From the NCBI GenBank assembly GCA_036732755.1, contig DAINBU010000011.1, forward strand, positions 513-64,512: 64,000 nucleotides of DNA, given 5' to 3'. The notes under the pieces are model-generated. The model was not told where the DNA came from, made no database searches, and worked only from the letters and a program-made list of their open reading frames with translations. The position numbers and the translations under genes are program-made. Below are positions 36,961 to 47,300 of this stretch, piece by piece. Position 1 is the stretch's first letter, and each line of letters opens with the position of its first letter. Origin of the DNA: Planctomycetota bacterium. GTDB taxonomy: Bacteria; Planctomycetota; B15-G4; SIAN01.

Positions 36961-37922
36961 GCGCGCCGCTGCGCGTCGCCTTCGTCGACTTCTGGCCCGG
37001 CTTCGCGCCGGCTGACTTCACGGTGCGCTTCGCCGAGTTCGGCGAGGCCGCGGGAGCCGGCGGCTGCGAGGTCGTCGCCGACGCGCGCGCCGCCGACCTC
37101 GTGGTCGCCTCCTGCTTTCCGGACGGGCAACGGACGACGCGACCCCGCGACCCGAGGACGACGGCCGGCGCCCGCGGCGTCCGCCTGTTCTGGACCGGCG
37201 AGAACGTCCGCCCCGACTTCTCGACCTGCGACTTCGCCCTCTCGTTCTGCCGCGACCTGGTCGATCCGCGCCACTTGCGCGTTCCGAACTACGTCGGCCT
37301 CCACCGTGTGCACGGGCTCGCCGCGGACCTCTACGCGCCCCCCGCCGATCCCGCGGCGCTGCTGCGCGGCAAGACGCGCTTCTGCGCCTACGTCCAGAAG
37401 AATCGCGTCGCGATGCGCGAGGAGTTCGTGCGCGCTCTCTCCCGCCGCCGCCGCGTCGACTGCGCCGGCCCGTCGCTCAACAACATGCCCTTTCCCGCCG
37501 AGCGCGGCGCCAAGTACTCCCTCTACCGCGAGAGCAAGTTCGCGATCGCCTTCGAGAACGAGGCGGCCGCCGGATACACGAGCGAGAAGCTGCCCGACGC
37601 GCTGCTCGGCGGCTGCGTCCCGGTCTACTGGGGCGACCCGACCGTCGCCCGCGACTTCCACCCGGGCTGCTTCCTCGACCGGCGCGACTTCGCGAGCGAC
37701 GCGGAGCTGATCGAACGGATCCTCGCGCTCGACCGCGACGACGCGGCCTACGTCGCGCTGCTGTCGGCGCCGCGCCGCCCCGCGCGGCCGCTGCGCGACG
37801 GCACCGACCCCTCGACGCTGCGTCGCTTCTTCGCAGAGGTCGTCGCGGCGGCGCGCGCCGCGACCGGACGCGGAACGTCGGCCGCGCCGCTCGCGCCGCT
37901 CACTCCGACCGGGAGTGCGTGA
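36957..37922 (+). CDS. Glycosyltransferase family 10 (alpha-1,3-fucosyltransferase-like)
   Basis: GTG start overlaps the upstream stop (GTGA). It carries the GT10 signature KFAIAFENEAAAGYTSEKLPDALLGGCVPVYWGD. Confidence 0.8.
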   Translation: MSAPLRVAFVDFWPGFAPADFTVRFAEFGEAAGAGGCEVVADARAADLVVASCFPDGQRTTRPRDPRTTAGARGVRLFWTGENVRPDFSTCDFALSFCRDLVDPRHLRVPNYVGLHRVHGLAADLYAPPADPAALLRGKTRFCAYVQKNRVAMREEFVRALSRRRRVDCAGPSLNNMPFPAERGAKYSLYRESKFAIAFENEAAAGYTSEKLPDALLGGCVPVYWGDPTVARDFHPGCFLDRRDFASDAELIERILALDRDDAAYVALLSAPRRPARPLRDGTDPSTLRRFFAEVVAAARAATGRGTSAAPLAPLTPTGSA

Positions 37923-40297
37923 TGCGCGACTGCATCGTCCTCGGCTCGGGGCGCAGCGGCACCAGCATGGTCGCCGGCGCGCTCGCCAAGGCCGGGTACT
38001 TCATGGGCGACCGCCTCTACCCCGCGCGCGACGCCAACCCGCTCGGCTTCTTCGAGGCGCCCGAGATCAACGCCATCAACGAGGAGCTGCTCGCGCCGCG
38101 CGTCCCCGCCGCGCAGCGCCTCGCCGCCCCGCAGCGCTGGCTCGCCCGCCTCGACGCGACCGTCGACGCGGCGCCCGAGCCGCTGCGCCGTCGCATGCGG
38201 GCGCTCGTCGCGCGCGCCCCGTTCTGCTTCAAGGACCCGCGCTTCTGTTACACGCTGCCGGCATGGCGCGGCGAGCTCGGCGACGCCTGTTTCGTCGTCG
38301 TCTTCCGCGACCCGGCCGTCACCGCTGCGAGCATCGTGCGCGAGTGCGCCGCCGCCGACTACCTCGCCGGCGTCGAGATGGACGCGGCGCGCGCGCTCGC
38401 GACGTGGTGCGCCATGTACCGCCAGGTGCTGCGCCAGTACCGCGAGGCGGCGCCGCACGAGCGCGCACGCTGGCTCTTCGTCCACTACGACCAGATGGTC
38501 GGCCGCGACGCGGACGGCGCGGCGCGCCTCGCCCGCCACCTCGACGCGCCGGTCGACGCCGCCTTCCCGGACGAACGGCTCCGCCGCTCGAAGCCGGCCG
38601 CCGTGACGAGCGACGAGGCGGCGCAGCTCTACCGGGAGCTGTGCGAACTCTCCGGTTTTTCGCCGGCGCACGGCGCCGTCCGATCCGCCGCGGCGGCGTG
38701 CCCCGCCCCCGCCGCGCCCGAGATCTCGGTCCTGATCTGCACCTGGAAGCGCCGGGAGACGCTCGTCGAGTGCCTGTTGAGCTTCGCGAACCAGACCCTC
38801 GCGCCCGAGCGCTTCGAGCTGGTCGTCGTCGTCGACGAGGCGGGAGACGGCAGCGCCGAGGCGGTCCGCTCGCTCGCGACGCGCCTGCCGCTGCGGCTGA
38901 TCCACCGCACGACCAACGGCGGGCTCGCGTCGGCGCGCAGCGCCGCCGTCGCCGCCGCGCGCGGCGAATGGATCCTCCTCGTCAACGACGACACGATCGC
39001 GTTCCCCGACCTGCTCGAACGCCACTTGGACGCCCACGCGCGGCGCGCGCCGGCGCCCGTCTCCGTGCTGGGCACCTTCGAGCAGCCGCCCGAGCAGCTC
39101 GCGACCGGACTGATGCGCGCGCTCGAGCGCTCCCACCTCGTCTTCGGCTACGCCGGGCTGCGGCCCGGCGTCGACCACGACTGGACGAAGTTCTGGGGCT
39201 GCAACGTGAGCGCGCCGCGCCGCGAGGTGATCGCCGCCGGCTCCTTCGACGCCTGCTTCCACCACTACGGCTGCGAGGACACCGACCTCGGCATCCGCCT
39301 CCACCAGCGCGGGCTGCCGGTCGTCTTCGAGCCGGCCGCGCGCGCGTGGCACCGCCACGTCCTCTCGCTCGACGACCTCTTGCGCCGCCAGGGGACGGTC
39401 GCGCGCGCCTACGTCCGCCTCTTCGCCAAGCACCCCGCCGCGCTCGCGCGCTCGCCGTTCGCGTCGATGCTGCACGCCTCGGTCGCGTCGCTCACCGAGG
39501 AGCGGCGCCGCATGGAGGGGACGGTCGAGCGCCTCCTTCCCGTGGTCCGACAGCTCGCCGAGCTCGACTGCGCCACGCTCGACGCGCTGGGTGGGCCGCT
39601 GCGCAGCGCTGCCGCGGACGCCGTCGAGGGGCTGAAGCAGATCCTGCAGAAGATCGACCCCCACCACTGGGCCGGCGGCTTCCTCGAAGGGCTCGCCGAC
39701 TTCGGCGTCGCGAGCTTCCGCGAGCTGGCGCAGTGGCGCGGCGCGGCGCCGGCCGACGCGACGATGCACGGCGCACCGCCATGGCCCCTCGCGTCGGACG
39801 CGCCGTTCAAAGTGCTTCTGTGGCCCGACTGGAGCGACGAGGGCGAGCTCTCCGCGATCGTCGCGCTCGCCGACGACGCGCGCCTCGCCGCGCCGCCCTG
39901 CCTCGTGCTGCGCTTCGAGCGCACCGACGGCGATCTCGCCGCGGCGATCGCCCGCTTCGAGCGCGTGTGCGCGCGCCGTGCCGCCGGCGCGCCCGAGCTC
40001 GACGTCGTGGTCGTCGACGAACCGCTCCCACCCGAGGCATTCCCGAGGCTCGGCCGTGCCGTCGCGTGCGCGCTGCTCCTGCCGTCGTCGTTCCGCGGCG
40101 AGCGCCACCGTTTCTTCGCCCGCGTCGGGAGCTCGGGCGTGCGCGGCGCCGAGGACCTGCTCGCCTTCGTGCCGGCGGCTCCGGACGGCGCACCGCGTCA
40201 GGTCGAAGCGACGGGATCCGGCGAAGAAGTCGGCGCGACACGCGTTGCGAGCCAGCGGCGCGCCGCCGACTTCTCGAGATCGCGCAGCCCCGCGTAG
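37922..40297 (+). CDS. Sulfotransferase-like N-terminal domain fused to a GT2 glycosyltransferase domain, with a C-terminal extension
   Basis: ATG overlaps the upstream stop. CIVLGSGRSGTSMVAGALAKAGY resembles a PAPS-binding sulfotransferase P-loop. ISVLICTWKRRETLVECLLSFANQT...VVVVDEAGDGS is a GT2 motif. The last ~100 nt overlap the convergent GT2 gene. Confidence 0.7.
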   Translation: MRDCIVLGSGRSGTSMVAGALAKAGYFMGDRLYPARDANPLGFFEAPEINAINEELLAPRVPAAQRLAAPQRWLARLDATVDAAPEPLRRRMRALVARAPFCFKDPRFCYTLPAWRGELGDACFVVVFRDPAVTAASIVRECAAADYLAGVEMDAARALATWCAMYRQVLRQYREAAPHERARWLFVHYDQMVGRDADGAARLARHLDAPVDAAFPDERLRRSKPAAVTSDEAAQLYRELCELSGFSPAHGAVRSAAAACPAPAAPEISVLICTWKRRETLVECLLSFANQTLAPERFELVVVVDEAGDGSAEAVRSLATRLPLRLIHRTTNGGLASARSAAVAAARGEWILLVNDDTIAFPDLLERHLDAHARRAPAPVSVLGTFEQPPEQLATGLMRALERSHLVFGYAGLRPGVDHDWTKFWGCNVSAPRREVIAAGSFDACFHHYGCEDTDLGIRLHQRGLPVVFEPAARAWHRHVLSLDDLLRRQGTVARAYVRLFAKHPAALARSPFASMLHASVASLTEERRRMEGTVERLLPVVRQLAELDCATLDALGGPLRSAAADAVEGLKQILQKIDPHHWAGGFLEGLADFGVASFRELAQWRGAAPADATMHGAPPWPLASDAPFKVLLWPDWSDEGELSAIVALADDARLAAPPCLVLRFERTDGDLAAAIARFERVCARRAAGAPELDVVVVDEPLPPEAFPRLGRAVACALLLPSSFRGERHRFFARVGSSGVRGAEDLLAFVPAAPDGAPRQVEATGSGEEVGATRVASQRRAADFSRSRSPA

Positions 40298-41289
40298 CAG
40301 CCGAGCCAGGTCGCCGTCTGGGAGAGCCAGCCGACGCGCTGCTCGATCTTCACCGCCGCTTCCACCAGCGCGGGAAGGGGGGTGGCGCCGGGCGCGCGGT
40401 CGAGCGCGGCGATCTCCGCCGCGAGCGGCTCGAAGCCGATCGCGCGCGCCGTGAGCTCGCACTCGAACGCCGCGGCCAGCGCCGCCTCGTCGCCCTGCGC
40501 GCGCGCCATCCCGGGCAGGAGCGCCGGGTCGCGGTGCTTGCGCCATAGGCGGACCATGCCGCGGCCGAGGTCGATCTGCCGGCGCACGAACGCCTCGGTG
40601 TCGAGGAGGTGGTGGTGCAGGCACGGCGCGCCCGGCAGGTACCAGACGCCGACGCCGCGCGCGGCGAGCCGCTGCCCGAGCTCGACGTCCTCGCAGATCG
40701 GGTCGCGGAAGCTCTCGTCGAAGCCGCCGGCGTCGAGGACGCTCTGGCGCGGGACGCTCAGGTTGCAGGTCCAGAAGAAGTTCCCGCCGTTCGGCGCGCC
40801 GTGCTGCAGCGCCGCGAACGGGAACAGGAGGCCGAGCTTCGTGGTCGCGCGCGCGAGCGCGCCGTCGGCCTCGGGCGCGTAGGGGAAGTCGCCCAGGAAG
40901 GCGCGCGGTGCGCCGTCGCCGTGCGCGGCGAGGTGCTTCGCGAGCAGGTCGTCGCACGGGCCGGCGTCGTCGTTCAGGATCACCAGGACACGGCCGCGCG
41001 CCTTCGCGATGGCGCGGTTGCGCGCCGCGCCCGGCCCGCCCTGCGGCTGCCACTCGCACTCGAGCGCGTAGGGGACCGCGAGCTGCCGCACGATCGGCAC
41101 GATCGACGGCCGCGAGCCGTCGTCGGTGACGAGCACCTCGAAGCGGTGCGCCGGCAGCGTCTGCCGCGCGAGCGCGCGCAGCAGCCGCACGATCGCGTCG
41201 GGCCGGCCGTGCGTCGGGACGATGACGGAGAGCTCGGGGACGGAAAGTCCCGACGCGTTGCCGCCGCGGCGTCGCAGATCGATCGGCAT
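40198..41289 (-). CDS. Glycosyltransferase family 2
   Basis: ATG at 41289 with GAGGGAG upstream. LSVIVPTHGRPDAIVRLLRALARQTLPAHRFEVLVTDDGS is a GT2 motif. Confidence 0.8.
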   Translation of the reverse strand: MPIDLRRRGGNASGLSVPELSVIVPTHGRPDAIVRLLRALARQTLPAHRFEVLVTDDGSRPSIVPIVRQLAVPYALECEWQPQGGPGAARNRAIAKARGRVLVILNDDAGPCDDLLAKHLAAHGDGAPRAFLGDFPYAPEADGALARATTKLGLLFPFAALQHGAPNGGNFFWTCNLSVPRQSVLDAGGFDESFRDPICEDVELGQRLAARGVGVWYLPGAPCLHHHLLDTEAFVRRQIDLGRGMVRLWRKHRDPALLPGMARAQGDEAALAAAFECELTARAIGFEPLAAEIAALDRAPGATPLPALVEAAVKIEQRVGWLSQTATWLGCYAGLRDLEKSAARRWLATRVAPTSSPDPVAST

Positions 41290-41395
41290 CGCGCGGACTC
41301 CCTCTTCCCGTCCGCTCCTATCGGCCGGAACGGACTTCCGACCGGAGCGCCGGCGTATACTCCCGCCCCCTTCACGGAGGATTCAGGAGAGAGCC

Positions 41396-42049
41396 ATGGC
41401 CATTCGCATCGGTGACGACGCGCCCGACTTCAAGGCGGAGACGACGGAAGGACCCATCTCCTTCCATCAGTGGATCGGCGACCAGTGGGCGATCCTCTTC
41501 TCCCACCCCAAGGACTTCACGCCCGTCTGCACGACCGAGCTCGGCTACATGGCCAAGCTCCAGCCCGAATTCAAGAAGCGCAACACCAAGGTGATCGGCC
41601 TCTCGATCGACCCGGTCGCGGACCACAAGAAGTGGTCGGCCGACATCCAAGAGACGCAGGGCACTGCGGTCAACTACCCGATGATCGGCGACGACGACCT
41701 CGTCGTTGCGAAGCTCTACGACATGATCCACCCCAACGCGACGGGCGGGAAGCGGACGGCGGCCGACAACGCGACGATCCGCTCCGTCTTCGTGGTCGGG
41801 CCCGACAAGAAGGTGAAGGCGATGCTCATCTACCCGATGAGCGCGGGCCGGAACTTCGACGAGGTGCTGCGCCTCCTCGACGCGCTGCAGCTCAACGCGA
41901 AGCACGCGGTCGCCACGCCGGTGAACTGGAAGCCGGGACAGGACGTGATCATCCCGACCTCGGTCTCGGACGACGACGCGAAGAAGAAGTACCCGCAGGG
42001 CTTCAAGACCCACAAGCCCTACCTGCGGACGGTCGCACAGCCGAAGTGA
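41396..42049 (+). CDS. 1-Cys peroxiredoxin (Prx6 subfamily)
   Basis: MAIRIGDDAPDFKAETTEGPISFHQWIG...FSHPKDFTPVCTTE carries the PVCTTE peroxidatic Cys motif. A strong SD (GGAGGATTCAGGAGAG) precedes it. Only the last 217 aa of track ORF 41126..42049 are real. Confidence 0.9.
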   Translation: MAIRIGDDAPDFKAETTEGPISFHQWIGDQWAILFSHPKDFTPVCTTELGYMAKLQPEFKKRNTKVIGLSIDPVADHKKWSADIQETQGTAVNYPMIGDDDLVVAKLYDMIHPNATGGKRTAADNATIRSVFVVGPDKKVKAMLIYPMSAGRNFDEVLRLLDALQLNAKHAVATPVNWKPGQDVIIPTSVSDDDAKKKYPQGFKTHKPYLRTVAQPK

Positions 42050-42062
42050 CGGGAGCGTCGCC

Positions 42063-43919
42063 TTGGGGCGCCGGGTCGCCGCGTCGCTCGTCGTCGCAGG
42101 CCTGCTCGCCGCGGCCTCGACCGCCGCAGTAGCGCCGCCGCGCGGCGACTCGTCGGTCGCGGGGCTCGAGCTGGTCGACCTCGACGGCCGCATCCACCGC
42201 CTCGGCGGCCGCTCCGGCGCCGAGCCCTTCGCGCTGGTCTTCCTCGGCGTCGACTGCCCGATCAGCCGCAAGTCGATCCCGAAGCTGAACGAGCTCGCGA
42301 AGGGCTTGGCGCAGGCGTCCGCGCCCGCCGGCGGCGCGCCCGTCGAGCTCCTGGGCGTGCTGGCCGACTCGTCGCTCCCGCGCGCGCGCGCCCTGGCGTT
42401 CCAGAAGGAGTTCGCCGTCGCGCTGCCGCTGCTGCTCGACACCTCGGGCGAGCTCGCGAGCGCGCTCCGTCCGACGCACGTGCCCGAGGCGTTCGTCTTC
42501 GCGCACGGCGCGCTCGCCTATCGCGGCGCCATCGACGACGCCTTCGCCGACGTCGGGCAGGAACGCGCGCAGGTGAAGAACCGCTGGCTCGCCGACGCCC
42601 TTGCGGCGGTCGCGCGTCATGAGGCGCCCGCCGTGAAGTCGACCGAGCCGGTCGGCTGCTTCGTCGAGACTCCGAGCGGCGCCGCGAAGGGCCCGGTGAC
42701 CTGGGCGCGCGAGATCGCGCCGATCCTCCACGCGCGCTGCGTCTCGTGCCATCGCACCGGCGAGGTCGCGCCGTTCTCCCTGACGAGCTTCGACGACGCT
42801 TCGCACCACGCCAAGCAGATCGCGAAGATGACGCAGAAGCGGCTCATGCCTCCGTGGAAGCCGGTCGCCGGCTTCGGCGAGTTCCTCGACGCGGCGCGCC
42901 TGAGCGAGCGCGAGCTCGCGCTGCTCGCCGCGTGGGCCGAGGCGGGCGCGCCGGAGGGCGACGCCGCCGAGACGCCGCCGCTGCCGGCGTTCCCGCGCGA
43001 CTGGCCGCTCGGGAAGCCCGACCTCGTGCTCGAGATGCCGGAGGAGTTCCAGGTCGAGGCGGCGGGGCGCGACCGCTTCCGCTGCTTCGTGCTGCCGACC
43101 GGCCTCACCGAGGACAAGGTGGTGGTCGGCGTCGACTACCGGCCGGGCGCGCCGTCGGTCGTGCACCACGCGATCTTTTTCCTCGACGACCAGCAGCGCG
43201 CGCGCAAGCTCGACGAGCGCGACGCCGGACCGGGCTACGAGACGTTCGGCGGCATCGGCTTCCTCCCGTCGGGCGGGCTCGGCGGCTGGGCGCCGGGCGC
43301 CTCGCCCCACTTCATGCCGGAGGGGACCGGCCGGCTCGTGCCGAAGGGCGCCGACGTCGTGCTGCAGGTCCACTACCACTCGAGCGGGAAGGTCGAGCGC
43401 GACCGCGACCGCCTCGCGCTCTACTTCGCGAAGGGGCCGGTGAAGAGCCTGATCTCGGGCGCGGCCGTGATCACGCGCGCCATCGACATCCCCGCCGGCG
43501 AGGCGGACTACACGCGAGATGCCTCGCTGACGCTCCCCTGCCCGATCACGCTCTACGGCATCACGCCGCACATGCACTACCTCGGCAAGGAGATGAGCGT
43601 CCAGGCGACCGCGCCCGACGGCACCGTCGTCCCGCTGATCCGGATCGACGACTGGGACTTCCGCTGGCAGAGCCAGTACCTCTACGCGCAGCCGATCCGC
43701 CTCGCGAAGGGGACGAAGATCGACCTGCACGCCCGCTACGACAACTCCGCCGCCAACGTCCGCAACCCGAGTGACCCGCCCAAGCGCGTCACCCACGGCG
43801 AGCAGACCACCGACGAGATGTGCATCGCCTTCCTGCAGATCGTGACCGATTCGCCGGAAGACCGCGCACTGCTGCGCCGCTCGATCTTCGGCGACCTGCG
43901 GAGAGGCGGCGCGAAGTAG
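42063..43919 (+). CDS. Secreted three-module protein: redoxin/AhpC-TSA-like thioredoxin fold, PSCyt1-like CxxCH cytochrome c segment and a copper type-II monooxygenase-like (PHM/DBH-like) domain
   Basis: TTG start with GGGAGCG upstream. Signal peptide MGRRVAASLVVAGLLAAASTAAVA. VFLGVDCPISRK is a thioredoxin-like CxxS/C motif. ILHARCVSCHRTGEVAPFSLTSF...MPPWKP is a PSCyt1-like CxxCH. The His clusters VVHHAIFF, VHYHSSG and HMHYLGKEM resemble CuH/CuM site patterns. Confidence 0.7.
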   Translation: MGRRVAASLVVAGLLAAASTAAVAPPRGDSSVAGLELVDLDGRIHRLGGRSGAEPFALVFLGVDCPISRKSIPKLNELAKGLAQASAPAGGAPVELLGVLADSSLPRARALAFQKEFAVALPLLLDTSGELASALRPTHVPEAFVFAHGALAYRGAIDDAFADVGQERAQVKNRWLADALAAVARHEAPAVKSTEPVGCFVETPSGAAKGPVTWAREIAPILHARCVSCHRTGEVAPFSLTSFDDASHHAKQIAKMTQKRLMPPWKPVAGFGEFLDAARLSERELALLAAWAEAGAPEGDAAETPPLPAFPRDWPLGKPDLVLEMPEEFQVEAAGRDRFRCFVLPTGLTEDKVVVGVDYRPGAPSVVHHAIFFLDDQQRARKLDERDAGPGYETFGGIGFLPSGGLGGWAPGASPHFMPEGTGRLVPKGADVVLQVHYHSSGKVERDRDRLALYFAKGPVKSLISGAAVITRAIDIPAGEADYTRDASLTLPCPITLYGITPHMHYLGKEMSVQATAPDGTVVPLIRIDDWDFRWQSQYLYAQPIRLAKGTKIDLHARYDNSAANVRNPSDPPKRVTHGEQTTDEMCIAFLQIVTDSPEDRALLRRSIFGDLRRGGAK

Positions 43920-43962
43920 CGCCGCGCCGCGCGACGCTCGCGAGCGACCGGAGCCGCCAACG

Positions 43963-44343
43963 ATGGGACTGCCGCGACAGGAGCCGCCGAAGATCGTCTT
44001 CACCGTCGGCCCCGACGGCCCGCGCGAGGTCGCGAAGCCCGCGGCGACGGAGAGCGCGACGAAAAAGCCTGCGACTCCCGCCGTGAAATCGGGCGCCCGC
44101 TCCGGCGACTTCGTGAAGATCCGCCGCGAGACGCAGGGCCGCCGCGGCAAGACGGTCACGACCGTGAGCGGCATCGCGGCGCGCCCCGCCGTCCTCGAAG
44201 ATCTCGCGAGCGCCCTCAAGCAGAAGTGCGGCGCCGGCGGCGCCGTGAAGGACGGCGTGATCGAGATCCAAGGCGACCACCGCGAGAAGGTGAAGGCGGA
44301 GCTCGAGGCGCGGGGGTACGTGGTGAAGTTCGCGGGCGGGTAA
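43963..44343 (+). CDS. yciH: SUI1/YciH-family translation initiation factor
   Basis: KIRRETQGRRGKTVTTVSGI...LKQKCGAGGAVKDGVIEIQGDHREKVKAELEARGYVVKFAGG matches the SUI1 domain along its full length. Confidence 0.85.
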   Translation: MGLPRQEPPKIVFTVGPDGPREVAKPAATESATKKPATPAVKSGARSGDFVKIRRETQGRRGKTVTTVSGIAARPAVLEDLASALKQKCGAGGAVKDGVIEIQGDHREKVKAELEARGYVVKFAGG

Positions 44344-44357
44344 GCGAGACGCCCGAC

Positions 44358-47300
44358 CTACTTGTTCCCCGCGTCCTGACTCTCCGACTCGGATGCGCTC
44401 GCCTTCTGGATCCGGATCGTGTCCGCCGCCGGCCCCTGCGACGTCCATTCAAACGGGACCGCGTCCTCCCCGCTCTGATTGGTGTCGTTGTCCCTCATCC
44501 GATACGAACCGGGCTGCAGGCGCAGGTGAATCCGGCCCGAAGCGTCCGACTGCACGTAGTACGGGAAGTCGTCGGCTGCACCGTCCCCGAATCCGATGTC
44601 GATGAAGTGCGACGGCATCGGCAGGTCGGTGGCGCGATCCTTGATCAGCAGGTCCCCCGCGACGAGCGCGATCACGAATTCCGCGCGACTCTCCACACCG
44701 GATGCGATTTCGAAGTCCTGGGGCGCACGCCAGTACCACGACTGATCGGCGCCGCGAACGATCACGCTCACCGAACCCGCCGGGATCGGCGAGAGGATCG
44801 CGCGGCCATCCGCACGGACCTGGCCTGCGGCCAGGCGATCGACCCCCAAGAGCTGGTCCTTCGTCATCTTCGTCGACTTTCCCGGTCGCACCTCGACGAT
44901 GGCGCCCGCGGCGGGAATGCCGTCGACCGTGACGGTGACACTCAAGCAGCCCGGAAACACGGCACGGGCGTCGAAGTCGGCGCGCGTCTCCGCTCCGTCG
45001 ACGATGGTGACCGGCTCGGACGTCGTGGTCGCCGGCTCTCCAACCTTCGTCACGATGCGAGCAGCCAGCGCGAACTCCACTGAAACACCGGTCGACATGG
45101 AGCCGCCCTCCCCAAGAGGGATCCGGACTGGAGGAAGCGCGAGGTGGACTTCGGTCGGACCCGGAGGCAACGGTCCGAGGCGGTACGTGCCATCGGGAGC
45201 GAGCGAGAGGGGCGCGGGCATGTCGAACGACCCGCGCATCCGTCGGAAATCCATGCGATGCTGGCGAACGATGCGGTCGTACTTCTGCTCGACGGTCTCG
45301 CCGGGTCTCGCGGCGATCACGTCGAGCCCCGCGCACGTCGCACCGTCGGGCACGATCAGACGCCCGACCAGGTACCCGCGCGGCGGCAGGACGAGCTCGA
45401 GGTCGGCGACTCTCGACGTGTCCTCGCGCACGTCGACGTCGTCGATGCGAGCCTCGAGCGGCGGGGCGTCTTCGTTGCAGATCGTGTAGTGGCCCGGAGG
45501 GACGCAGGCGAATTCGAATTGCCCGTCGGCGTCCGATTCCGCGTCGAATATTCCCGCCGGAGCTTCACCGTTGACGACGTGGAGCCCGGAGTTCGGGGAG
45601 TCGCTCTCCCGATTCGGTTCGAGGTGAACTCGGGTGTTCGCCACCGGAGTCGCACCGTCGGATCGAAGCACGACGCCGGAGATCGTGGCTCCTTTCGTGA
45701 GCCGTGCCGTGACTTCGGTGACCTGATTCGCCGGCAGGGGCGTTAGGGGCAGCGAACACGCTGCGCAGCCGGGCACTTCGACGATCAGCGTCTGCTCCAC
45801 CGGGATCATGCCGTCGAAGAGCCCGCCGTCCGGGGGCGGCTCCCCCGCCTTGACCAGTTCGAAGGTGTTCGGCCGAGTGTTTCCTGCGAACTGGACGCGC
45901 AACGAATAACGGGGAATCTCTGCTCCCGTCGCCGCGTAGACGACGTGCAGTCGAATCTGCGCGTTTCCTTTCAGCTTCGCGCTGATCGACGAGCCGACGG
46001 CGACGCCATCCTGCCGCCACGGCAGGAACTTGGGGTCACGGATCTCGACGGTGTATTGGCCGTCCGGAACGTCGTCGAACGAGTGCGACTGTGAGCTGAA
46101 CTGGATCTTCGTCGCGTGCCGCGGCTCGATCCCATTCCCGGTGAGGAGGATCTCGGCCGCGTCGCTCTCGAAGATGTAGAAGGGTCGCGCGAAGAGCACG
46201 ACCGTGATCCGATGCGCCACGTCGGAACCGGCGTAGATGATGTCCGCGTCGGTCGTCTCTCCCGATCGCACGTCGATCGCTGGGCCTTGGATCCAGTTCG
46301 TGAGCCGCGAATTGGCCTTGAGCTGGACCTTGCCTGGAGGAACGTTCTCGAGGAGGAATCTCGCGGTCGTCGCGTCGACCGCCGTGTAGACGCGCGTCGT
46401 ATCGGCGCCGTCGCCTTCGGCGCACTTCGGTCCGTCGGCATGGACCGTCCATCCCGCTCGAAGGATCGGTTCGCCCTTCATGTCGACGATTCGGCCGCGG
46501 ATCGTGCCCGCGCGACAGAGCGTGATGTCACCGAGGTTCTTCGTTGATCCCGGGTCGATCTGTGTCCATCGCCAAGCCGGCGCGGCGTAGCCGTCGAGCT
46601 TCGCGTCGAAGACGAATTGGAAGGCGCGCGGTGCCGTGAATTCGATCGCGAATGAGCCGTCGGGTTGGCTCACCACTTCGATCGGCTTCCAGTCCGTCGG
46701 CAGGCCGTACTTCAGTGCCCGCTCCTGATTGCTCTTCCACCCGTACAGCCGCAACGCAACGTTCGCGGCGCCGCTGCCGTCCGGGAGCAACAGCCTCCCG
46801 GTCATGTGCGCGGGCGCGTCGTCCGGGGGTGAATTCGGGACCGGTGCGCTCTCCTTCGTCCGAGCCGGCGCGCCCGATTCCTGGGGCGCCGGATCGCCGC
46901 TCGCCGCGATCGGACCTGCGGAAGCCGCCGGCAGTGCGACCGGACTCGCCAAGACCGCGGGAGCCGCGACGCTCGCTGCGCCCGTACGAGAGACGGCCGG
47001 GCGCCGATTCATCATCACGACGAGCGAGACTCCGATCACGATCGTCGCGGCCGACGCGATCAGCTTGGCACTTGCCGGGACCACGACGTGGGCGATCGGC
47101 CCGCACAACGGCATCAGCGCTGCCTCGAGCGTCGGCTCATTCCACTTCAACGAGTCGAGCCGCTCCCGCAACTGCGCCAGCCCTCGCTTCAACCGCGTCT
47201 TCACCGTCTCCACGCTCACGTCGAGCGTGCGAGCGATCTCGGTCGGCGGGAGCTCGTCGAAGTAGCGCGCGAGCAGCGTCGACTTGTAGGGCTCCTCGAG

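Noticed and set aside
37748-41059. 1103-aa minus ORF and 877-aa plus ORF (37915..40548)
   Set aside because: Shadow frames of the sulfotransferase-GT2 gene and the GT2 gene.
42003-44219. 738-aa minus ORF
   Set aside because: Antisense to the redoxin-PSCyt-monooxygenase gene.
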